Shown here piece after piece: positions 40,456-48,366 of a stretch of 64,000 nucleotides of DNA (its first letter is position 1; every line of letters starts with the position of its first letter). The notes below the pieces were generated by a model. The model saw only the letters and a list, made by a program, of their open reading frames with translations, did no database searches and was not told the origin of the DNA. Source of the DNA: an uncultured Clostridia bacterium (GTDB taxonomy: Bacteria > Bacillota > Clostridia > Saccharofermentanales > DTU023); the NCBI GenBank assembly GCA_946220865.1, contig CAMJYM010000007.1, positions 1,959 through 65,958 of the forward strand, given 5' to 3'. A program made the position numbers and the translations under genes.

Positions 40456-40548
40456 CGACCTTCACCCCCCGGAAAACATCTTGCTAGAGCACAGGGCCAT
40501 TATTTCAGGCTCAAGGCTTTTTTTCAAACGTGAAGTGAGCCAGAATTA

Positions 40549-40954
40549 CCTTCGGTTTTCCTGAATTTCGGACAAAATTTCAAGTTGTGGATGGTTTCGC
40601 TCGGCTGGCGACGGCCTCAGCGTGGCTCCTCTCGGCTAGCGATGGTCCTTAGTGCAGTTTCGCTCAGCTGGATGTCTGCTTTCATTTCGGTTTTTCTGAA
40701 TTTCACACAAATTTTCAAGGTGTGGACGGTTAGCCTAGGAAAACTCAGGCCCAAACCATCCACACCTTGAGAACTTGCACGTCCAACCCATCCACAACTT
40801 GGAATCTTGAATGCGGGCCCATCCATTAATTGCTAAGTTGCATGAAAATCAGAAAAACCAAAGAAAAATCGTCCATTAGTTGAAACGTTGCATAAAAAAA
40901 GGGGCCCACCCAGCGCGAAAAAAGGATGACCATCCATTAGTTGCGACGTTGCAC
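40549..40954 (-). repeat. right inverted arm of the sugar cassette
   Basis: The reverse complement is collinear with 34666-34960. The terminal 25-mer is at 40930-40954. There are five CCATCCA...TTG...TTGCA units, and the inner TTGAAATTTTGTCCGAAATTCAGGAAAACCGAA segment occurs twice (about 40549-40600 and 40681-40730). Confidence 0.8.
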
Positions 40955-41037
40955 GATAATCAGAAAAGGCGAAGACAGAGAAGGCTTGTACCATACACTA
41001 CTCCCACCGCACCCCTTTTCACCGACAGGGCATATCT

Positions 41038-41149
41038 AAAATTTTTGCGGTAATCCGCATTTTTTTCACGAAGTCATTGTATCCCAGGACTGATGAAGAT
41101 ATCTAGTCTTAAATCTAAAATTTTTGCGGATTCCGCAATTTTTTCACGC
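41038..41149 (-). repeat. orphan copy (A) of the 110-bp promoter/operator cassette
   Basis: About nine-tenths identical by eye to 56175-56283 and in the same orientation. It contains the boxes TGCGGTAATCCGCA (41046-41059) and TGCGGATTCCGCA (41125-41137), each flanked by A/T runs and CACG. Confidence 0.8.
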
Positions 41150-41412
41150 TATATGCGGTCCATATCAGTCTGCGTCGCCTGCTCCAATTCGGCCATTCTC
41201 TCGTCTTTCGACGAATCCGTCTTGCCGAACAACGCCGGCAGATTTTCCTGAAACTGTTTATGCCACTTAGACAGAGTTGCCGGCGCTATCTGGTACGTTC
41301 CGGCCAGCTCATTTAGGCTCTTTTCCCCGCGTAATAGCTCACTGATGACTTTCGCTTTGAATTCTGCGCTGTAATTGGTTCTTTTCTTACTTATGTTTAC
41401 TATTGTATTCAC
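41149..41412 (-). mobile_element. IS3-family transposase OrfA, N-terminal part only
   Basis: KKRTNYSAEFKAKVISELLRGEKSLNELAGTYQIAPATLSKWHKQF is an HTH_Tnp_1-type OrfA. The reading frame ends at the edge of repeat A, and no OrfB follows. Confidence 0.7.
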
Positions 41413-41512
41413 TTACTGCCGACTATGCTTGTCTCATTTCTGGGGTCCACTACATATTGTTTTCGCTTGCTTCAGGTTTTTCCTGTCTCATTTTGGGGAC
41501 CACTATATTTGG

Positions 41513-43426
41513 TCACGATTTTAGTTGCTCCTGATATTCATTCCAATTCTTTTTCAGACTTGGAAGTTCAGAAAGAGCCAATCCGGCCGCGCTTAATACC
41601 ACACCCAACCACGTGGGAAAATCAATCTTTGATAACTTGCAAACACCCCATATAACAAATATCAAAGCCGCAACAATCAGCAATTTCCATACGATCGACC
41701 AGACAATTTTCAGAAGGGCTTTTCTGTCTTGCTTTTTCTTGGCTTTAGCCTTTTCCTGTGCTTCTATAGCATTTACTCTATCCGTCAGCTTATCAATCTG
41801 TTGTTGCTTTTCTTTCCTCTGAGCGAGTGCCTGAGAAAGCTGACCCTGCAATTCCTGAACATTGCCTGAAAGCTCTTGGATAGTTTTATCACGCTCCAAA
41901 AGTAATCTTCTGTTCTGAGCAAGAGTTTCTTGAGCTTGAGCAAAATGCTCCTCTGAGAAATCCAGCGAATCTTCAATATTGTCTTCGGTTAAATTCTCCG
42001 GAAGTGTAGTCTTTTCTTTCAGCGCTACAATTCTTGCCGCAGCATCCTCCTGGGAGAGTTCACCAGAAACTGCCTTGTTACGAATGTCCTTATATATAGT
42101 TGCAATTCCTTGTGTAATATAGCTGGCAAGTATCGTTCTTGCTTTAATGACCACATCCAGATTCTTAGGAAATTCTGTAGAGCCGAATCCACGATTTAAC
42201 TTATACCAGAGAAGATTTGTAATATAACTCAAGCTAATAGCATAATCACAGTATTTCTCCCCCGTTTCATTTCTTTGTGCTTCGGCAATTGCCTTGGAAA
42301 TTTCCCTTACCCGTCTTGTGTCGGTTACGCATAAATACTTGGATGCCAAGTAATCTGCAGTCTGGTATCCTTTCCGCAATTTATTGATGTGGCTGCAGAA
42401 CACGAAACCTTCTGTGTTAAGCTCATCTGTAACAGGATAAGCACCAATCTCTATGCCTTCGAGGCTATATTCAACATCTGCCGTGGTGTAGTAATTTTCC
42501 TTCTCATCTTTTCTGATGGAGTGCTCCGTATGAAGTTTCCTAAAAAACTCTACCTTCTTATCTGATATATCCGATATTGACTGACAACCATCAACAATGT
42601 CCTTCATCGCCTGCGTGAAGTTAATCTCTCCCCGCCCAGACAAAATGCGTTCAGCCCTGCCGTAAAACTGATCAACATCGTCCGCAACCTTTGAGAAATA
42701 TTTAAGTGTGATTACTTTCCCGCCGCGATTCGCATCATCGACCAGCTTTAAAAAGTCATCTGCCAGAGTTTTGAACAAAATCCCGTTCAATCCGGCAATA
42801 TCAAAGAGAATTTCTGTGTCCAAGAAAAGTGTAATCGGATGGCCAAGACTACCAAATTCCGAAATGTTAAAGGCAAGTCCTGAATACAGAATACTGCCTT
42901 CGCGGATAGCGGAGATTGTGTCCGTAATCGAATTGTTATTTTCATTCGTCAGTAAAAATTCACCGATAATCTGCTGGTATTGAGGCTCGCCATCCTCATC
43001 TAGAACAAAAGCTATAAATTCCTGAGCAAGCTTTTCTTTCCTTAGGTTCTGAACACCTTTTTCATCAGCATACCGTAGCAGCGCGTCAGTAATACCTTTG
43101 CTCTTCTCCTCTGATTGCTGTCGATAGGATTGGAATTTGGCATTGCCTTGAATAGTGCTTGCTTGATATGACTGATATGTTCTCTTAACGTCTGGAATAC
43201 TGCGTATTGCTGTCCTGATAACAGCAATCGGCGGGTTAAAGCCAAATTCCTCATTAAGATAACCTTGGATCTCTGTCGATGTAAAATTGTACAAAGATTT
43301 TAAAACAACAATATACTTTATGAACTCAGAGAGTATCTGATAAGGACTATGGTATTCTTTCGAATTATACAGCTCTTTAAATGTTGCATAAGACGCCATG
43401 ATGGATTTTGAATACGTTTGCCTCAA
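41513..43426 (-). CDS. hypothetical 637-aa protein with a C-terminal coiled coil and two TM helices
   Basis: Long AT-rich ORF with a TTG start 6 nt after GAGGTG. The C-terminus has heptad-rich QELSGNVQELQGQLSQALAQRKEKQQQIDKL, then ALLKIVWSIVWKLLIVAALIFVIWGV and WLGVVLSAAGLALSEL. No family was recognised. Confidence 0.7.
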   Translation of the reverse strand: MRQTYSKSIMASYATFKELYNSKEYHSPYQILSEFIKYIVVLKSLYNFTSTEIQGYLNEEFGFNPPIAVIRTAIRSIPDVKRTYQSYQASTIQGNAKFQSYRQQSEEKSKGITDALLRYADEKGVQNLRKEKLAQEFIAFVLDEDGEPQYQQIIGEFLLTNENNNSITDTISAIREGSILYSGLAFNISEFGSLGHPITLFLDTEILFDIAGLNGILFKTLADDFLKLVDDANRGGKVITLKYFSKVADDVDQFYGRAERILSGRGEINFTQAMKDIVDGCQSISDISDKKVEFFRKLHTEHSIRKDEKENYYTTADVEYSLEGIEIGAYPVTDELNTEGFVFCSHINKLRKGYQTADYLASKYLCVTDTRRVREISKAIAEAQRNETGEKYCDYAISLSYITNLLWYKLNRGFGSTEFPKNLDVVIKARTILASYITQGIATIYKDIRNKAVSGELSQEDAAARIVALKEKTTLPENLTEDNIEDSLDFSEEHFAQAQETLAQNRRLLLERDKTIQELSGNVQELQGQLSQALAQRKEKQQQIDKLTDRVNAIEAQEKAKAKKKQDRKALLKIVWSIVWKLLIVAALIFVIWGVCKLSKIDFPTWLGVVLSAAGLALSELPSLKKNWNEYQEQLKS

Positions 43427-43665
43427 GCCAGATCACCTCTCTTACTTTTGTGCTTCTCGATTCTTAATATACCCTTGGTGTCAATGACATCAATCACAGC
43501 TCCTAGGTTTACTGCTCCATTCGATTCATGGGATTAAACCTTGGTTACTTGCAAAGCCTGTGCGCCGGCCTATATTGACTATACGCTTTACAAACTCCGT
43601 ATCCAATCAAATCACCTAGCCCATTATTGATTATATCGTCAAGCTCGGCAAGACCGATGCCACAG

Positions 43666-43983
43666 TTATACTGTATAACTTCTAGGAAAGCCGAGATAGC
43701 TACAGCTATCAGAACTACCCACACCCTCGGCCATATGACGCAATATCGTCAGTGGAACGAACAGCCAGATGTTATTAAGGATCTCCAAGCGAAGGGATGG
43801 CGAAGAAAAGAACTGCTTATAAAACAAGAACAGCTCCATTTCCCCCATAGCATCTCCTTCCGCTTTATACATAAGCGTCATGCAGATGATGAAAATGAGG
43901 TAATAAACCAAGAGTACCGCATTCCATTTTTTACCCAGCATCAGAGAAAGCAAGGCAACAAGAATTCCAATAACCACAACCAC
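43666..43983 (-). CDS. small membrane protein, possibly a truncated VanZ-like protein
   Basis: Two to three hydrophobic segments, and NNIWLFVPLT resembles the VanZ N-x3-F-x-P motif. A competing plus-strand ORF (43627..44046) looks less protein-like. Confidence 0.3.
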   Translation of the reverse strand: MVVVIGILVALLSLMLGKKWNAVLLVYYLIFIICMTLMYKAEGDAMGEMELFLFYKQFFSSPSLRLEILNNIWLFVPLTILRHMAEGVGSSDSCSYLGFPRSYTV

Positions 43984-44125
43984 AATTGGATTATTGTGCA
44001 GCCATTATTTAGATCGAAGAATTCCTTTTCATCTTTATCCAGGTAGATCTTTTATCCTTTCACATGCTTGACCCATACTGCCCATGGGAAAGTGAGATCT
44101 GCTGATTGTTAATGTCGTAATACGT

Positions 44126-44359
44126 CTACGTATCCACAGTATCATTCGAGTAGAAAGTTCGTATGACTGTGGTGTATCCAAGGCTTTTGGGTGTCGATAA
44201 GCCGGACGCGTTGAGATAAGTCACTACGGCTTTTCTTCCCAACTCATCATACTCGTAGAGGACTCCGTATTGCCCCATGGTAAGCGGTATCGGCCTATCC
44301 TCTTCATCATAATACATCTCGGTCTCAATTCTTCCATTCCCATAGAACGTTCTCTTCAT
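44126..44359 (-). pseudogene. RHS/YD-repeat protein fragment
   Basis: 77 aa with YD-type repeats (YEYDELGRKAVVTY, FYGNGRIETEMYYDEEDRP). It is isolated, with no flanking RHS core. Confidence 0.4.
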
Positions 44360-44499
44360 TATTGCGTATCCAGACTTTTTCTGGTAGGCTTACCTTCTAG
44401 GGTCAGCTGAATCAATCAGCAAGACAGTTTAAATATTATTGGCTGCCAAGTGTCATCAACAGAAAACTGGGAGCCATTTTCTTTCCTGTTTAAGCCGAA

Positions 44500-45010
44500 A
44501 GAGCCATAGCAAAATGGGTGCAAAAAGATCTCTCAGGATCTTTTGCAGGTTCATTACCAAGAAGGTCAGATGGATTGAGGTTTCGCTCGTATCCTAGCGA
44601 CGCATCATCACGCGACCCAGGGAATAGCCGCTTTTGCCTTCTCCAAACTTGCCTTCAAGCGAGTTTCATTCCCTAGGCTCTTTTACCACTCCAGACGTTT
44701 CAACTCAGCATACTGTACCTTGTCTTAGGGCGGCCTGCCCAGTAGTCGTTCGTTCAAATGGATACCGTGTTCCTTGCAGTAACTCATTCTCGTTCGGAAG
44801 ATCTAGTGTGCTTGGACACGTTCTGGGTAGTGGCCGCATCTGGCGTGGTAGGCCTCGTTGGCCCGGTTCGCCCCTGTGAAGACTTTCAAATTCCAAAGTT
44901 TTCAGATGCGTCAGGATATCTCTTTGCGTCTTTTGCTGTGGCTTGCAGGTTTCGTCTATATTACGCTGCCTCCTTTATCAAAAGAGGATAAGGTATCATA
45001 AATTGCGCAC
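44500..45010 (-). mobile_element. candidate 5-prime fragment of a group II intron (domains I-III), ORF-less
   Basis: The minus strand starts GTGCGC at 45010. The stretch is GC-rich and stem-rich with no ORF. CCTAAG...TATGC resembles the tetraloop-receptor motif. A long-range pairing CTAGGGAAT / ATTCCCTGG is present. The 3-prime limit is uncertain. Confidence 0.4.
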
Positions 45011-45090
45011 ATTGAAAAAATAAGGAACACGGTGGGTTCCCTCACTTGGTAAGATAGGTTTGAGCAAAAACACCGAGGAGGAAACGAACC

Positions 45091-45246
45091 GTGTCTGAGA
45101 AAATTATACAGTTGAACGAAGAAGCAATAAAAGGCGAACTGGGGAATCTGGTACGACAAAGTGTGGAGGATACGCTGAATGCGCTGCTGGATGCAGAAAC
45201 AGATCGTCTGACGAACGCGAGCCGCTATGAGCGAACGGAAGGATGA
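45091..45246 (+). mobile_element. IS256-family transposase, N-terminal 51 codons only
   Basis: VSEKIIQLNEEAIKGELGNLVRQSVEDTLNALLDAETDRLTNASRYERTEG-stop matches the conserved IS256/Mutator N-terminus (NALLDAE...YER). Confidence 0.7.
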
Positions 45247-45329
45247 GTCGTTTAGGCGGAGCACAGCGTGAGCTGATTCCCCCCCCTCATGGGGGATTCT
45301 AAAAAACACCAGGTGATTCAAGAAAGTGC

Positions 45330-45431
45330 ACAAGACTATTGACGGTACCGTATGTTAAATCGCGGATCAAAATGTCTTTAGGCGGTATGAGTCCTTTAGA
45401 ATACAGGAACAGCTTGGGGCTCTGCGGTTAA
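45330..45431 (+). mobile_element. IS3-family OrfB (integrase) C-terminal remnant
   Basis: PYVKSRIKMSLGGMSPLEYRNSLGLCG-stop matches the conserved IS3 OrfB tail (RIK..L...SP.EYR). Confidence 0.6.
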
Positions 45432-45475
45432 ACAGATCAGGTCCAGGATTTTGTCCGCACCCCCGGGTTTGAAAT

Positions 45476-46252
45476 TTATTTTGCCCGTTTACATTCAAAC
45501 CGATAGATTGCTTCTAATATAACCTGTATTTCATCCTTCCAACCGTGGTACAAACGCTCATTGGTAGTCTCATAAACAACATCATCATTAATCAAGTTCC
45601 CAGATACAGCAGAAATCATGGCTCCACGGCATTTTCGCCGGTGGCAGATCGTATAAATAGCACTGCTTTCCATATCAACATTCAAGCATCCAAGCTTTGA
45701 TAACTTTTCAATCCATTCAGGTGTTTCTCCATAAAAAGCATCATCAACTGCATTTATGCCATAGTGTAGACCGTAGCCAAGTTGCGGCTGAAGTTCCCGC
45801 GCTACTTCAAGGATGGTCGAAGTAAGATCAAAATCAGGCACAGCCGGGAAACAGTCGGGAACATAGAATTTAGAGGTTCCCTCATTCTTCATTGATCCAG
45901 TAGAAATGATAAGATCGCCAATCTTGATATCAGACTGCAGAGCACCCGTGCTTCCGATTCTAATGAGACATTTGGCTCCGATATTAATGAGTTCTTCACA
46001 GGCAATAGCTGCAGATGGACAACCCATGCCTGTAGAAGTAGTCGAAATGGTGATCCCCTTATACGTCCCAGTAAAAGTACGGTGTTCTCGATGATCAGCC
46101 ATTAACTTAGGCTGATCGAGATATTCCGCGACAATATCACTTCTTTTTGGATCACCTGGAAGTAAAACATATTCACCTACATCTCCTGGTGCAAGATGAA
46201 TGTGGTATTGGCGTTTTCCGAGTGTTCTTTCTTCTTTGTTAAGTATCTGCAT
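45476..46252 (-). CDS. nucleoside phosphorylase, PNP/UDP family (uridine phosphorylase-like)
   Basis: HIHLAPGDVGEYVLLPGDPKRSD, STGMGCPSAAIACEEL and DMESSAIY motifs. Confidence 0.85.
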   Translation of the reverse strand: MQILNKEERTLGKRQYHIHLAPGDVGEYVLLPGDPKRSDIVAEYLDQPKLMADHREHRTFTGTYKGITISTTSTGMGCPSAAIACEELINIGAKCLIRIGSTGALQSDIKIGDLIISTGSMKNEGTSKFYVPDCFPAVPDFDLTSTILEVARELQPQLGYGLHYGINAVDDAFYGETPEWIEKLSKLGCLNVDMESSAIYTICHRRKCRGAMISAVSGNLINDDVVYETTNERLYHGWKDEIQVILEAIYRFECKRAK

Positions 46253-46313
46253 GATACGATCTCCTTTAATTTATTGTATTCAAAATTTTAAAGCGTTTAA
46301 CCGCGGTCCTAAC

Positions 46314-47264
46314 CTAATGATCTAGAGAAGTCTTCTTCGACCGATTTTTTTCTTTTTGTCGGCATTGGATCGAATAGACGGATAATCCTGCAATGGTGGC
46401 AACATAAGGCAGCATCTGTACAAATTCTGAGGGGATTCGCATAATCTGCAGGATATTTGAAAGTCCGTCAAACAACGAAAAAACCATGGCCGACCACAAG
46501 ACCCCAATTGGACTAGCCTGACCCATAGCACTGGCAGCAAGTGCAATAAAGCCACGTCCAGCAACCATATCTCTCGTAAAGAGATTCAAATAGCCCATAG
46601 AAAGATACATACCGCCCATGCCGGATAGAAGCCCACAAATTATAATAGCAATATAACGGATTTTGGTAACATTCACGCCAACTGAAGTAGCCGCGTCAGG
46701 GTTTGCCCCCACACTTTGGATGCGCAAACCCAGCGGCGTTTTTTTCAGTATAAAGGAAATGACAGCGACCATAAGCAGCGACACATAAACGAGCAGGTTG
46801 TGACCTGAAATAATCTCTCCAAGAACAGGTATATCTTTGATGAAAGGAATATCAATATCCGGGAAGGAAAAACTCTTAAGAGAAGCACTCGTACCCTTTT
46901 CTCCGGTAAAAAGTTCCAGCATAAAAACTGTAAATCCTGTCGCGAATGTGTTGATGGCAGTCCCGCATAAGACATTGTTGGCGCGTAAATTTAAGTGGAA
47001 ATAAGCAAATACTAAACTAAGAATGATCGCACTGCCCAAGCCTCCAACGATACCCCATAGTAAACTTCCGCCAACAGCACTCGCCAAAACACCAGAAAGT
47101 GCTGAACAGAGCATTATCCCTTCGAGTCCTAAGTTAACCACTCCTGCTTGTGAGCAAACTGCTGCGCCAAGTGCAGCAAAAATAATGGGTGTAGCAACCC
47201 GAATCCACATACAAACAAAGTCTGTACTGAAAATAACCTTGAGCAGATCAGACATTGATGTCAT
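46314..47264 (-). CDS. ABC transporter permease, BMP/nucleoside type
   Basis: 316-aa polytopic protein in the order typical of nucleoside (Bmp/Nup/Rns) uptake operons. Confidence 0.85.
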   Translation of the reverse strand: MTSMSDLLKVIFSTDFVCMWIRVATPIIFAALGAAVCSQAGVVNLGLEGIMLCSALSGVLASAVGGSLLWGIVGGLGSAIILSLVFAYFHLNLRANNVLCGTAINTFATGFTVFMLELFTGEKGTSASLKSFSFPDIDIPFIKDIPVLGEIISGHNLLVYVSLLMVAVISFILKKTPLGLRIQSVGANPDAATSVGVNVTKIRYIAIIICGLLSGMGGMYLSMGYLNLFTRDMVAGRGFIALAASAMGQASPIGVLWSAMVFSLFDGLSNILQIMRIPSEFVQMLPYVATIAGLSVYSIQCRQKEKNRSKKTSLDH

Positions 47265-48366
47265 TTCCTTTCAATGAGGAATCATTTGCAGCATTTTGTT
47301 TTTCCCGCTCAGCCGATTGAACGATGAGTTTTTGTCTGAATCTGTGCAATAAAGCATCAGAAGCAATCAGTAACATCATAACTGCTTGAATAACCAAAAC
47401 CATTTCGTAGGATACATCGGAGGAACGACTCATGATCTCTGCGCCAACGTTTAAATAAGCAATAAAAAGCGCTGAAACAGGCACGAGTAAGGGATTTAAT
47501 CTTGCCAACAGGCAAACTACAATACCGGTCCAACCATAACCCGGTAAAGCTGTCCACTTGAAACGTGCATACATACCCATCAATTCCACAGCACCACCTG
47601 CTCCGGCTACAGCTCCTGCAATAATTTGAACAAGAAACATGACCGCAGCTGCATTAATTCCTGCATAGTTGGCAAAATGAGCATTATCTCCTGTTACACG
47701 GAGTTTATAACCAATACGCAAACGAAATAGAAGGAACCAAACGAAAAGGCAGAAAATAAGGGCGATCGGGATACCTGCGTGAATTCGAGTACCTGAAATA
47801 ATAAGCGGCAGCCTTGCGGATTCCTGAATCTTATGCGACTGGAAGGCTGTTGTTGCAGTATCCCTGTAATGATAATTCAATAGATAAACTGAGACATAGA
47901 GGCATACATAATTGAGCATGATAGAAGTAACAAGCTCGCTGACGCCCCAAAGGAGTTTTAAGATTGCAGGGATTCCAGCAGCAATAGCGCCGAGTAAAGC
48001 ACCAAAAAGAATGGTCACCGGCAAATGAATGGCCAGCGGTAATTGCAAATTTATCCCCGCGATCATTGCTCCACAGGCTCCAATAAAGAAAGCTCCTTCC
48101 GAAATCATAGAGAATTGACCGGATCGAAAAATAAGAGTCACCGCAAGTGCGGTGAAAATTAAAGGTGTTGCACCCTCAATAATATTGCCCATTCGTCTTA
48201 TAGACGAAAACGGTCCAAGAAAAAAGCTCTGAATGGCTACCACGGGCATTTTACTTACCATAAAAATAATGGCAGACACCAACAAGCAAGCAATTGCTAC
48301 GATGATGGCCATCTTTGTCAAATCCACAAAAAGATTGATCCGTTTATTATTCATTCGCAGCCTCAT
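47248..48366 (-). CDS. ABC transporter permease, BMP/nucleoside type
   Basis: 372-aa polytopic protein that overlaps both neighbouring genes. Confidence 0.85.
   Translation of the reverse strand: MRLRMNNKRINLFVDLTKMAIIVAIACLLVSAIIFMVSKMPVVAIQSFFLGPFSSIRRMGNIIEGATPLIFTALAVTLIFRSGQFSMISEGAFFIGACGAMIAGINLQLPLAIHLPVTILFGALLGAIAAGIPAILKLLWGVSELVTSIMLNYVCLYVSVYLLNYHYRDTATTAFQSHKIQESARLPLIISGTRIHAGIPIALIFCLFVWFLLFRLRIGYKLRVTGDNAHFANYAGINAAAVMFLVQIIAGAVAGAGGAVELMGMYARFKWTALPGYGWTGIVVCLLARLNPLLVPVSALFIAYLNVGAEIMSRSSDVSYEMVLVIQAVMMLLIASDALLHRFRQKLIVQSAEREKQNAANDSSLKGNDINV

Larger units (their letters stand above)
34666..40954. mobile_element. candidate non-autonomous IR-bounded cargo cassette (GPH symporter, GH36, GH13)
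   Basis: The 25-bp termini are inverted and identical at 24 of 25 positions. Subterminal repeats are reiterated in both arms. No transposase lies inside and no target-site duplication was found. Confidence 0.35.

Noticed and set aside
40586-40797. The TGTGGATGG / CCATCCACA words in the cassette arms as DnaA boxes, marking an origin or a DnaA-titration cluster.
   Set aside because: They match the TTATCCACA consensus at only 7 of 9 positions. Most copies read TA(A/G)TGGATGG instead. No dnaA/dnaN or AT-rich unwinding element is adjacent. The words belong to a larger 31-bp unit mirrored at the other end of the cassette.
43627-44046. A plus-strand 139-aa ORF overlapping the VanZ-like stub.
   Set aside because: The composition looks like the reverse frame of a membrane protein, with no motifs. 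Neither strand is strongly supported, so only the minus-strand call is listed, at low confidence.
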